Assembly: GCF_964188315.1 (NCBI RefSeq)
Contig: NC_135658.1
Location: 75,702,001-75,766,000, forward strand
Direction: 5' to 3'
Length of the DNA: 64,000 nt
Source of the DNA: Podarcis muralis
Lineage: Eukaryota
Shown here: piece after piece, positions 25,946-37,796 of the stretch
Position numbering within the stretch: the stretch's first letter is position 1
How the letters are laid out: the number at the start of each line of letters is the position of its first letter
Position numbers and translations under genes: made by a program
Notes under the pieces: model-generated
Databases searched by the model: none
Told to the model about the DNA's origin: nothing
What the model saw: only the letters and a program-made list of their open reading frames with translations

Positions 25946-26284
25946 CTGCAAAGAGTCACACAAAGACATTTCATTGTAACATGGCCCCAAAGACTGCATA
26001 GACAAATGCTTCAAACCTATACCAGCCTCCCTGAGAGTTAAATCCCACTAAATTCTAGTGAGCTCATTTTTGATATGATTAGGAGTTTGGGAACTCTGCC
26101 GGTGGAAGAAAGTTGGGATATAAATGTAGTACTTTTCTTCCACTATGGATAAATTTCTTCAGACCTGGGACAGCTGTCTAGTGGTTTCTGGCATACCATC
26201 AGGATGTGCTTATAAAGAAATAGGAGCTGCTTTAGTGAATGAGACTTTGGGAACAGGGTTGAACGTATACCTGCATTTATGCTA

Positions 26285-26790
26285 CAGGTAGGTAGCCGTG
26301 TTGGTCTGCCGTAGTTGAAACAAAATTAAAAAACTCCTTCCAGTAGCACCTTAGAGACCAACTAATTTTGTTATTGGTATGAGCTTTCGTGTGCATGCAC
26401 ACTTCTTCAAGTGGGACGCGGGTGGCGCTGTGGGTTAAACCACAGAGCCTAGGACTTGCCAATCAGAAGGTCAGTGGTTCGAATCCCTGCGACGGGGTGA
26501 GCTCCCGTTGCTCGGTCCCTGCTCCTGCCAACATAGCAGTTCAAAAGCACCTCAAAGTGCAAGTAGATAAATAGGGACCGCTCCGGCGGGAAGGTAAACG
26601 GCGTTTCCCTGTGCTGCTCTGGTTCGCCAGAAGCGGCTTAGTCATGCTGGCCACATGACCCGGAAGCTGTACGCCGGCTCCCTCGGCCAATAAAGCGAGA
26701 TGAGCGCCGCAACCCCAGAGTCGGCCACGACTGGACCTAATGGTCAGGGGTCCCTTTACCTTTACCTTTACACTTCTTCAGATACTGCAT
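26285..26790. mobile_element. Penelope-like terminal fragment interrupted by a Sauria SINE
   Basis: GGTAGCCGTGTTGGTCTG...GTAGCACCTTAGAGACCAAC...GAGCTTTCGTGTGCATGCACACTTCTTCA, continuing as GATACTG after the SINE. Confidence 0.7.
26410..26770 (+). mobile_element. Sauria SINE, full length
   Basis: TSD CACTTCTTCA at 26400-26409 and 26771-26780; ACCTTT tail. Confidence 0.93.
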
Positions 26791-27235
26791 TTATGTGTTT
26801 GAGATCATACTGAAAGGTCCCTCTATTTTAGCATTGATTCTCACCCACACTCCAAGCACACAAATATTTCAGTTCAACTATTTTCAACTAGTGTAGAAAC
26901 TTCTCATATATATACATATGAGAGAGAGAGTGTGGGTGTGTGTGGGTCATTGTACAAAGTACACAATGGGGATGGGATTACCTTCCCCAGACCAAGGGCT
27001 AAATTTCTGCTAATCAGCTTGCCAGGAACCTCATGCCCGCAGTGGGCGGAGCCAAATTGACACTGGGAGGAGGGCAAAGTGGACAAGTCCAGAGCTGGTA
27101 GTGAGCAGGGTCACCCTATTCTCCCTCCTTCACCTTTCTCTCATATAAATGCACACACACCAGCTTCATTTCAGGAGCATCACCGTCTCTCGTGTGAAAT
27201 AAACACAGTATCTCTAAGACCGCCTAATTTTGTAC

Positions 27236-27330
27236 CTGAATCACGAAAGCCTCAAGGTCCGAGGACAAACAATTTAGCAAAACCCTAATATCTGTCGAAG
27301 TGTCCAGTGAAGACATCAGATTATTCAAGC
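27236..27330 (-). CDS. RFX8: RFX8 exon 12
   Basis: (C)LNNLMSSLDTSTDIRVLLNCLSSDLEAFVIQ; acceptor ttatag|GC, donor CAG|GTACAA; 95 nt. Confidence 0.92.
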
Positions 27331-28508
27331 CTATAAAACAAGTGAATATGCACTGGCTCGTAGATGACTCAAGGCTGTTCCTTAGTTTAAATCTCTTTAT
27401 ACTTAACAGAGACAAAACATATTAAATACAACTATATGAAGACAATATGTTTTCTTATTCACTTCTAGTTAAATAGGATCTTGTTTTTATAGCCTGTTGA
27501 TTCCAAACTTCACTGCAACCTCTACGGAGAACTAGGGCTTTAGTCAATCAATGTGTGTTTGTTCTTATATGTGAGAAATACTGTGCACAGAGCAGCCGAA
27601 ATTCAACATTTTTTATGTTCAATTCATTTGAGTGAGATTAAGAATCAATTTAGTGTTCCTACTGAATCCAGCTTGGGCTGGACCATGTCAACTGTTGTTG
27701 TCACATGAAAATGTAAGGCAGGGAAACCATGAAAGCTTAGTCAATGAAAATGTTATTCTTTGATGCAAAGGACTGCATCATATGATACTTTGATGTGTAG
27801 GACTGCATCTCTGTACTAAGGTTACAGTTATTCAAGGCACACATGTCTTGTGTCCGTTGATAAAATTATGACTTCCCCATTCACATACAAGCAAGAAGCT
27901 TTGCCATGAATATTATCTACTTTGATCAGTTAGGTCTTCTGATATTAGTGTACAACAAAGGGTGTTAGTTCAAGTAGCAACATATAATTTCAACAGTGAT
28001 GTGGCATGAAAGTTTTCCTATTTCATCAGTTCCTTAGTAAGAACGCCAAAGGCAAACACAGTATTAGAGCAAGCTTGTCAGTTTAAAAAAAATCACTAAA
28101 TACAGGTAAAATGGACAAGAGCACTTTCTAGGGCATGAGAAAACTTTCCAGAGCAAACTGAAAACTTTCTGATGCAAATTGCCCTAATTTGCACAGGAAG
28201 TTCTCCCAAGTGCTAACTTCCTTTCATCACAGCCATGCCCACTGTAATTAATATGAGGAGAAACCTTATTAGTCATATAAAACTTCAACAAGAGGTCCAA
28301 ACCAAACCAAATGTTACAAAAGAATTTGGAAGAAGGACATCCACATTTGAAACTAAGAACAAACTGTGAAATAATCCTCATGTGATATCCACATAAGGAA
28401 AACATTTTGTATCAAGGAAAGAGGGAGAGGTTCTCTATCAAATTCTAGCAGAAAAAGTGAACAAAGTACTCCATCAAATAGGAAAATAGTAAGAGCCTGT
28501 GCTGCTAC

Positions 28509-28665
28509 ATTTCAGCTCTGTGCCACTTTCAATTTCATCCACATTTCTAAATGCAATTTGCAGCGAGCTTCCAGGAATGTCCGAAAACCCCTGAGTAATG
28601 ATTGCGTTCATGTCAGATTTCAAAACATTAACCCTCCTGCTGTTGTTCAAGACTATTCTCATGGT
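28509..28665 (-). CDS. RFX8: RFX8 exon 11
   Basis: TMRIVLNNSRRVNVLKSDMNAIITQG...GTELK(C); acceptor ttacag; weak donor T|GTAGCA whose phase matches exon 12; 157 nt. Confidence 0.88.
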
Positions 28666-28865
28666 CTGTAAATGAAGAGAGAAAAAGTGCACATCATTTA
28701 TGTCTTGGGAAAAGCAAAAACAAAACCAATAACCCCACTCACTTTCAAAGGGTTTAATCTCAGTATACAGCTAACACTGGGTACAACCCAGGCTTATCAG
28801 ATTGCTGATGATCCCTCTCACCTCCTCATAACACACAATATCATCACCATTATCATGATCAATTA

Positions 28866-29334
28866 CCATATTTTTCGCCCTATAGGATGCACCGTCCCAT
28901 AAGGCACACCTAGTTTTTTGGGGGGGAAATAAAGGGGGAAAAATTATTTCCCCCCCAGGCGCGGGGCTGGGGCGGGGGAAGCCCGAGCTTCCCCCGACCT
29001 CAGCCCCCAGAACAGGCAACTCTCCGCAAGCTGTGGGAGCCTGGCGCCAGGCTCCCACGCCTGCGGAGAGCTGCGCGATGCCTGGGCGCGCTGAGCTCAA
29101 CGCGCCCAGCCTTCGGCATGCAGGCAACTCTCCGCAAGCCGCGGGAGCCCGGCGCGGGCTCCCACGGCTTGCGGAGATCTGCGCGAAGCTTGGAGAGCGA
29201 GAGGGTCGGTGCGCACCGACCCCTCTCGCTCTCCAGGCTTCAGCGAATGCCTGCATTCGCCCCATAGGACGCACACACATTTCCCCTTCATTTTTGGAGG
29301 GGGAAAAGTGCGTCCTATGGGGCGAAAAATATGG
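28866..29334. mobile_element. Tc1/mariner-pogo-type non-autonomous DNA transposon with GC-rich internal repeats
   Basis: TIR CCATATTTTTCGCCCTATAGGATGCAC / GTGCGTCCTATGGGGCGAAAAATATGG; TA on both flanks. Confidence 0.85.
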
Positions 29335-29427
29335 TAATAACTGGTAATACAGTCACTTTTATTATTAGCATTGAACCAGAATTGGGGCTTGGAGGGGTTC
29401 TACGGTGGCAGCGGTGATGATGCTTTG

Positions 29428-29762
29428 TGTTATGTACTGAGTTGAATAGGATCCAAAATGCAGCAGTCTGATTGGTCCTAGAACAATAGGATTCAGAATG
29501 CAGCAGTCGGATTGGTTCTAGAACAACAGGATCCAGAATGCAGCTGTCTGATTGGTCTGCAGGAGCCGCCCAATCCAACTCCAGGTGGAAGTTAATCCGC
29601 AACCTGATTGGCCTACAGGAGAATCCCGGAATTAGCCAATCATGTGGGGCCAATTGTGTAAATAATGCATATAAAGCAGACATTTCGGGGGAACTTGCAT
29701 TCCTCACTACTATGAGCTGAATAAAGAGCATGAAATCCACACTCGACTCCGAGTATATTTCA
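29428..29762 (+). mobile_element. Solo LTR (335 bp)
   Basis: TG...CA termini; exact 5-bp TSD CTTTG at 29423-29427 and 29763-29767; 3x40-bp U3 repeats; 7 CCAAT/ATTGG boxes; TATAAA at 29670; AATAAA at 29720. Confidence 0.9.
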
Positions 29763-30027
29763 CTTTGGTACTCAGCAATGAACAAAGGGGAAATGATTTT
29801 CGTACTGCTCCATATCTCTGCATTACAGCTTACTTTCCCCACCAATCTGCCCAAGTCCTCCACCCATCCCACATTCTGTCCAGAAGGAGGCAGCATCTCA
29901 TAACTGCACTATGTCCACCAACACAACACAACTGTAAACATAGTCCTGTGACTGATCCATCCTACAGAACGTTTTTGTCAGCTAATTCATTGCGACTGAC
30001 TTCAGCTTTCACCTTTGGGATACATAC

Positions 30028-30086
30028 CTTTGCCATGTTAGCAAGGTAAGTCTTCCTCCGAAGTCTTTTTATAAACAAAGTCACCT
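30028..30086 (-). CDS. RFX8: RFX8 exon 10
   Basis: EVTLFIKRLRRKTYLANMAK; donor AAG|GTATGT; 59 nt. Confidence 0.94.
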
Positions 30087-30235
30087 CTGAGAGGAAAGGA
30101 AGAAACAAATGATCACGATTCACCACCACTTAATTCTAAACGACTTGTGTTACAGCCTGCATTACTAAACAGTTTGAACAGTCCGTATCTATGAATATTG
30201 ACCCTGCTTTTCAAGTTCACAAGACTTGAACATAC

Positions 30236-30386
30236 CTTTGATTTTAGAGGCGCCCAACAATGGTGGGAGGTCTTCCATAGTTGCGAGCAGCCAGCTTTTA
30301 ATATTTTTGCTGAACAATCTGACCAGTTTGAGGTACTGTATAGAGACATCTTCCAGAAAATCATGAAGCAGAATCTTCTCCATTTC
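30236..30386 (-). CDS. RFX8: RFX8 exon 9
   Basis: [34 protein letters not shown]...SKIK; donor G|GTATGT; 151 nt. Confidence 0.95.
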
Positions 30387-31364
30387 CTAAAAGTATTGGA
30401 TAGTTCTTACCCAAAGGCAAATGCAATGGACACAACATGAAAACAGATTATTTCCCAACAGATTGTTCCAAACCACTGAAGTGACTAGGAATTACTTTCC
30501 TCTTGAGGATTAAATACAGCGACCCAGTTCAGACAATTACTTAAACCATGGTTTAGGTTTACGAGATTAGGAATTACCACAGTGAGCCCCCTCTCCCTTT
30601 TAATGTGCAAGAGAAAAATGAAAGCTTCTGCTTTCACTTTAGTAGAAGCCGCAATTCCGCATTACATTACAAACAGTTCTGCATTACAAACTTGGAGAAG
30701 CGTGATTTCTTGCTGTAACTAGGGTTGGACGAGAATCCATTTTGCATTTAAAGCTGAATATATCAAATCAGTACCTTCTGAAACAATATGCAAACCAACA
30801 CACATCTTTCCTTAGAAATCTGCACTTACCTGAATTTTGCAATGAAGTTCTCCAACCACACAATGTTCACCAAAAATATATATGCATGTATTATAAATAA
30901 AGATGTTAGTGAAAATAACCTACAAAATGCATATTGTTCAATAACATACAAAAATATGTGTGTTAGTCATTAGGAGAAATTCTCACTAAAATGCTGATGA
31001 ATTTTCATGAGGATATAGAAGGCAACAAGCAGCTGAATAAAGTTTGCACTTACAAATTTATATGTACAGATGCAAAATTAGAAATGATGATTACAATTTA
31101 AATAGAAATGCAAGTAACATATCTCACCATGATGGAGAAGACAGTGATTAGGTAACCTGCATGCCTGTATAGTCTGCTGTCTTGGTGCTAACTGATTATG
31201 GGCAACTACAGAGCCCTTGATGTTAAACCTGAAACTGCTTGCAGGAGCTTTCAAGTAGAGGACTCCTTCAAACTCTCCGCTGTAAAGTAGGACACATGGC
31301 CACACTAAGCAGCAAAGGGGCTCATAATAAGGTCTCCTCATAAGATCTCCTCAGAAAATCTCAG

Positions 31365-31548
31365 TGCCAGTGTGGCTTCGTGGTTAGGGTGCTGGACTAG
31401 GTCCTGGGAGGCCAGGATTCAAATTTCCACTCACCCATGAAGCTCACTGGGTGACCTCAGGCCACTCACTGTCTGTTCTTAGCCTAACCTACCTCACAGG
31501 GTTGCTGTGAGGATGAAATGGGGAGGAGAACCATGTACACCACCTTCT
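31365..31548 (+). mobile_element. Older MIR-like SINE
   Basis: GCCAGTGTGGCTTCGTGGTTAG head, CTGGGTGACCTCAGGC core and CCTACCTCACAGGGTTGCTGTGAGGAT. Confidence 0.7.
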
Positions 31549-31857
31549 GAAAATCACAAATGAGCACCAATCATTGGAATACGAGAGCAGCCCTTCTGGG
31601 GTTTCTTTCTCCCCAAGTGAGGTTGAGATGATGAAGGACTAGGAATGCAGCCATCCCCACAAATCCTGTACGAATATACAAGGTTTCTCTGTCAACCAGG
31701 GGACATTCAAGCCATACATGTATTAGCTGCAGAAGCAAGGAAATAACCATCTGGTTGAAGAACTTCGTTTTTATCTGCACACTTCTGCCCCACTTCTTCC
31801 AAAGAAGGTCTGACTCAAAGTTTGGGAACCTCTGGTCTAATATATGAAAGGTGGTAC

Positions 31858-31971
31858 CTGGAAGAGCTGCCTGTCGTAGCATTGAAACAGCTGGCAAACA
31901 TCTGCCTGGGACATGAATATTATTGCGTCAGGCTTCAGAGACTTCCAGAAAGAACTGAAGAGCTCTTCCAC
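31858..31971 (-). CDS. RFX8: RFX8 exon 8
   Basis: VEELFSSFWKSLKPDAIIFMSQADVCQLFQCYDRQLFQ; acceptor ctttag, donor CAG|GTACCA; 114 nt. Confidence 0.93.
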
Positions 31972-32934
31972 CTAAAGGAGCACATACTTAATGAATTTTC
32001 ACTGCAGCATTGAAGTCATTTATTGTCGGGAAAAGAAGCTTAAGGACATTCACTTAGCCCAGAACCCACCATGTGCTTCTGCCGCCTTCCCAGATGTTGG
32101 GAATCCCCTGGAATGCTTCCTTCCCCTAATGCAACGGCCACACAGCTCCTGAACATGCATCTCCACATAATGGTGGTGGGCTGGGGGGGGGGGTAGAAGA
32201 AGACTTGCTCTACTCATGTTTGGCTTAAAAATAAATAAATGTCACAATGCAACTGGCCTAGAAGTCAGAAGTAAAATATCGGCAGTGGTCCCCATTGTTT
32301 CCAAAAAGGAGGCAAAATAAAAGTCTTGGGAGTCTAAAGCGTATTATATTAGCAATGAAATCTAGAAAACAAAGAGGTTACAGGACTGTTCATTTTGCCT
32401 GCCTGATAATCAAGAAGATTTGGGATAAAGTAGTTGGAGTAATGAGATTTACGGGAAGGAGGAAATTCCATTGATGGCTACAATCTTATATATATGCACG
32501 TTTCCTTGGGAGCAAAGGCATGCCCCCGCTCCGCAAAGCAAATAGCATCTTAAGAACATGAGAGCCCTACTGGATCAGACCAAAGACCCACCTATTCCAG
32601 CATTCTGCTCCCACAGTAGCCAGAGTTGCCCAAGCCTCTTTCAGAGGAGGTATTTTCTTCAGGACCACAGCACAGAAAGAAAGAGTTGAATTCCTCCTCC
32701 CTGCCTCCTGCAATCCTAATAATTATCAGCCTCTCTCACCATCTGATATTTGCATTTTAAAAACTAAAACAAACCTATGTGGCAAGGGCAAAGACATATT
32801 TAATCTCACATCACCTTTGGCCTAAATACAGCCAGAGAAATTATGTGGAACTTCCTATCAAATAAACATGGAATGGGTTGATCTGAAGGAAGGCTTACGC
32901 AGACGCAGGGACCTAACACAAACATCACACCTAC

Positions 32935-33012
32935 CTGGTCAAGATCCTTGTTTTTTACATTCTGCAACACTTCCTGGCAGTGGGTGCAATACGCATCAGC
33001 AAATAAAGAAAC
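32935..33012 (-). CDS. RFX8: RFX8 exon 7
   Basis: VSLFADAYCTHCQEVLQNVKNKDLDQ; donor CAG|GTAGGT; 78 nt. Confidence 0.9.
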
Positions 33013-33406
33013 CTGGAATATATACAAAACAAGGCAACATGAAAGCACCATGGTCAAGAATTCATAATTGCTCCATTCATTCAGTCTTCAAAGAACCATG
33101 CAACAATCTATAACCAAAACAGGCCCAAACAGGCCAACCCTATCATAAAAAAATCTATTCAATAACCAGAAGCGGACTATTGCAACTCAGAGGTTTGGGA
33201 TAATAAAAATAGAAGATCTTACTTGTCAACCTTAAAGGGACAAGGGTGTAGGTTTCCCTTTGGGATAATTTCCACAATATGGGGGCTACCACCAAGAAGT
33301 CACTGCTTCTTACAATCTTGCTGTCCTTGGTGGCAGTAGCCACAACAGGGTCTCATGACTTGATTTGATCTCAGCTCTGGAAGGGTTGTTATGCTACCAA
33401 ACATAC

Positions 33407-33499
33407 CATTTTACAGGAATATTTCTTTTCTAGCTCCTGCTCCCATGAAGAAAATCTCCTGAATTCAGGAAGTGGATATCCAACTGCTTCTTGGTCCTT
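33407..33499 (-). CDS. RFX8: RFX8 exon 6
   Basis: KDQEAVGYPLPEFRRFSSWEQELEKKYSCKM, resembling human [27 protein letters not shown]; donor ATG|GTATGT; 93 nt. Confidence 0.88.
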
Positions 33500-34495
33500 C
33501 TGCAAAACGACAACAGTTTATTAAGTTTACAACACACACTTACAACTATGTTTATTACTACTGGGTGGCACAACATTGGGAAACAACAGAGTGGGGTCCT
33601 TTGGCATTGGTGTGTATTTGCAACAGCCACATCGATCTGGGGCAACCTTGACATGAAGGATTTTTTGGGTGGATTGGGCTGTCATTTTGCTTTTACAGAG
33701 TGTTTCCAGAGCCACTCCTATCTAGTAATCCAACTCGCATTCCCATTAGCCTGATCAAAGGATTCTCACACTTGGTTTGATACTCTGACACAAAATACAT
33801 GGGCATCACTGTCAGTTGCGAAGTGCACACCCATGTATGGCTAGCTCCTGCTTGTTCCTTTGCTAAACTGCTCCAGGGCTTGAACAGAAAGCTTTCTTGG
33901 GAACATGATGTGGGGCAGTCAATCAGCACTGCGCATAGCCAGCTTCTGTTTCAAACTTGCAAATCTATCCCCCCACCCCACTCCGAATTCCATCATGGAG
34001 TAGAAAAGAGACTACTGGACTGAACACAGAAGAGGCAGTTTCAGAGTGAATCTACGGCTCCAAAATTGTTATGCCTGACTTCACCTTTAAAAAGGTATGA
34101 GCAGCAAGTCACACTCTTGTATTTGGTTCTATGAGTCTATGTTTCACAAGTGATGCAGCTGTGTACTTAAAGGTGGCAGCAGAATCTTCCCTGAGATCGA
34201 CTAACACAGCAGAGTACATGGACTGAGGTACAATAATGATCCTACCAGGAAGCAAGCAAAGAAATGGGTCACCACACTTAAAGTCTCTTGCATACAGGAT
34301 TTAATTATGCGCTTACTGATTCAGTGCCATGGCTCCTGCCAACTTCCTACAGCAGAATCATAGCCAGGAAGAAAAATGCTTTTTTAAAAAGCGTTCTCGG
34401 CAGGTTGCATTTCACTGATCCATCACAGACGGATGTTTTAACAGTCCTTGGCTCGTAGCCACCTCGTATTAAATCTGCTTTGAACAAATACTCAC

Positions 34496-34559
34496 TGTCT
34501 CTTTTCTGCAGCCACTGCTCTGATAACTTGCCGCATTCTCAAAACTGCAAACCTCCCCA
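34496..34559 (-). CDS. RFX8: RFX8 exon 5
   Basis: (S)GEVCSFENAASYQSSGCRKET; acceptor ccacag|T, donor ACA|GTGAGT; phases fit exons 4 and 6; divergent linker region. Confidence 0.75.
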
Positions 34560-34699
34560 CTGTGGTAGGACAGACAACAACAAAACCTACTTTGAAATAG
34601 CTCTCTTTGGTTAACTATTTCTCTACAATGTTTGAATCAGGAGAGGCTGCGAGTGTATGAACCAATGCCTGGGTGTTGTGATGGGCTAACAATCTCTCT

Positions 34700-35230
34700 G
34701 AATCCTTGGCAGCAAGTGGTTCCTGGGTTCAGAAATTAGTTTGTTTGCCTGTTTGGGGCAGGGTTGCACTCCTTATGAAGGAACAGGTACACAATTTGGA
34801 GGGCGCTCCTAGAATCATCTTTGCCACTAGAGGCCAAGGAGATCTCAGTGGCAAGGAGTGCCTATTACCATCTTCAGCTGGTATGACAGCTATGTTCTTT
34901 CCTTAACATGGGTAGCTTGGCCATTGGCAACCTCACAATTAGATGGCTGGCATGTACTGTCTGTAGGACTGCCTTTGCATCTGGTCCAGAAGCTGCAACT
35001 AGGGCAGAATTCGGCAGCTAGGATGCTGAGAGGAGCACTTAGCTATTTCATCCATGCTGAAAGAACTGCACTGGCTGCCTCTTTGCTAGCTCACCAGATT
35101 CAAGAGCTTGCGGCTGACATGTTATTTAATTTATTGTCTATTAAATTTATGCTTTGCTGTTCTTCCCCACATGGCAAACACATCTCTGGGGAAACCCAGC
35201 CAGATGGGCGGGGTATAAATAATACATTTT
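34700..35230 (+). mobile_element. Degenerate L2-like LINE 3' fragment
   Basis: C-terminal ORF2-like text (GLPLHLVQKLQLGQNSAARML) followed by the CAGATGGGCGGGGTATAAAT tail. Confidence 0.65.
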
Positions 35231-37746
35231 TATTATTATCCCCGATAAAACAAGTCAATTAAAAATGAAATAAAGACGTATTTTAAAATACTTTAAAACA
35301 ATTTAAAGCATCTAAAAAGCACCACAGAAGTGGTGGCACCTACCCTCTGAGCTTCATGCATGGATTTTGCCAGGTCAACCTTGGCCCCGGGTGTCTACTG
35401 ACCAGGGACAGCCTCTGTTTTCTAGTTCCTATCAAACGGTAAATCCTCTTCCTATTTTTGCCTTTGGGGAAACGCCTTGTTAACATTTTGTTAGTGTGCT
35501 AGAGCTGTCATCCTTCAGGATTCAGCTATTTATAACTCAAAGCTCTGTGGGATGGTGGTTCCATCTTGTCTGGAGCACATTCATATAAATGGCAATAAGC
35601 ACAGGGTGATCGCCAACCAAACAGTTCCAGTAACATAAAGACTTTGGACTGAGCAACGGAACTTTACCTCCCTCTCTTCTCATGTGTCCCCTATGTCTGA
35701 GTTGGGGGAACATCCAGAATTTACTTAGGGGGTACATGGGGGCACACAGAGAGAGGAGAGTGAGTGTCACTGCACAACCCAAAGTGTTTGTGCTAGCAGA
35801 ACTGTTTAGTTGGATACCATGGCACTAAACGCAGCCTACGATTTCACACACTGCAGGTCCCGAAGCAAGTTAGAATTGTAGCACGAGGGTTATGGTTTCG
35901 TTGTTCAACGTTAACAAAAAGAAAAGTCGCCCACTTGGCTTTTAAGCTAGCAGAGGAGGGGACCGCTACAGAACAAATGAATGTTGCTGCAACATGTAGA
36001 AATGTACAGTGGAAGTGAATGATCCATGTTATGAAAACAGACACAAATGTTTGTTTGTTTGTTTGTTTGTTTGGTGAAATGTTGGGAGGGCATGAGCTTT
36101 TTCGGCTTGCTGCTACAATTCCCATCATCCCTGGCCATTAAGAAGCCATCCTGTCTGGGGCTGGTGGGAGTTAGGACTCTAAGCACAGCTCAAGGGTCAC
36201 AGGTTTCTGATCCCTGGCTTACTGTGAACTTCTAAGAACTTGAGGTAGCAGTTCTAAAGGGCGGCAAACGCCAGAGCTGTTAAGATTTATTATGCTTGGC
36301 CCCCAAGTAGTTTTCGATGCAGCAAGAATTATTTAAGCAAGAAACGAAAAAGAAAACAAATTTGGCCGTAATCAATCAGTCTTAAAGAAGGCCTGCACAA
36401 CTGGCGACAAAGGCACTCCGGTACTCCTCTATTACAGCCTGCCAAGTTTTTAACCCACCATCCTGTTTTTGCAGTGCCAGCAAACAGCTGCTTCCATTGA
36501 GGTGCCATACATAACCAGCAGGCTGTATTCAGCTTGGTGGATAATAGCACGGCTTTTTTTTTTGCAGCTGGAGCTCACCAGAATACAGTTCTGGCACCTC
36601 TCAGGTGGGCGCCATTGCCATTATATGAGAACAAGGAAGTTGTTCGTGGTCAGTTCTGGCACCTCTTGTTCTAGAAAAATAGGGCTGGATAATAGGTTGT
36701 ACAAGCTGCATAGGAGCCAACACATAGGGGCTGATGTTCCTTTGGACCCCCTCAATACAATATTTGAGGGGCCACCGCTCCCCTAAGTTGATGGGCATTG
36801 ACATTCAAATGGTGTGTGTGTGCCGCATCATGTGATCCATTACGCAAGGTGGGCCTTACCTGCTCCCCCCCAATATTTTATTCAAGTTGGCACACCTGGC
36901 AAGGTGCGTATAAGTTGCTTTGCGGGCAACACTTCTTGAAAAACCAGGTTTTCAAGACTGGGACTTTGCTTCCTTTCTTTTTAATAAGGCCTTGGAGCAG
37001 CTCGACTTGAATTCTAGGACAAACTGCCGGGAGTGTAGTAATACGTTTCCTGAGAATTCCCAGCCCCTGCTTCTCTGGGAAGAGAACTCCGCCCAATCAA
37101 CTGTTGCTACTATAGCAACACGCATGGATGGTGCTCTCTCTCAATAGGCTGGCTGGCATAGCTGTCAGCTCTCGGGCCGCCATCCTGCTCCTCCTCAAGA
37201 GCCAATTGAGCTGTACGCATGGTCTCGTGGCTGCAGCTGCTGCCTAGAAACAGGGAAGCAGGAGAGCTCATCCCTCTGTTCGGTGATGTCAGCACCCTAA
37301 ACACCTGCTTGAAGCTTGCCATATGTAGCCACAGAACACTAGCAAACATCCATCTCGACGGTGCTCAGAATATCCTAGAGAACTGAGGAAAACAAACCAT
37401 TTTATTTTTTTTGCCTCAGAGTGCTTACAGTCTGAGTCGAATGAGAGAACTAAAGAGATGGGGAAAGGATCACAAGCAGGGATGAGGCAGCAGGGCTCAC
37501 AGAGAGCATGCCCTCTGAGCCCAGTGATCACCCGGCAATGGCCTCTCCCTGCTGCCTTGTGTGAGGAAATTTGTGTGACGTGTTTTGTTTGTTTCCTCCT
37601 GAGTCTGAGGAGAAACACCACGCTTCACCTCCGAAGTCACTGTGAGGGCATGTGTCGGTAGTGCCAGTAGTGGACTCCGTGATTCCTTCTGTCACCCACA
37701 TTCCCTCACATACATCCCTAAGACCCATTGGCTGCTTCTTCTCTGT

Positions 37747-37748
<2 letters not shown>

Positions 37749-37795
<47 letters not shown>
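37749..37795. repeat. (CA)n microsatellite
   Basis: Direct read. Confidence 0.95.

Positions 37796-37796
<1 letters not shown>

Noticed and set aside
33520-33945. Possible extra RFX8 exon in intron 5 (78-aa ORF)
   Set aside because: No similarity to RFX proteins that I recognise, and exons 5 and 6 already join in phase.
36361-36380. PBX-HOX-like TGATTGAT (minus strand) in RFX8 intron 4
   Set aside because: A single 8-mer is expected by chance in 64 kb, and conservation cannot be assessed here.
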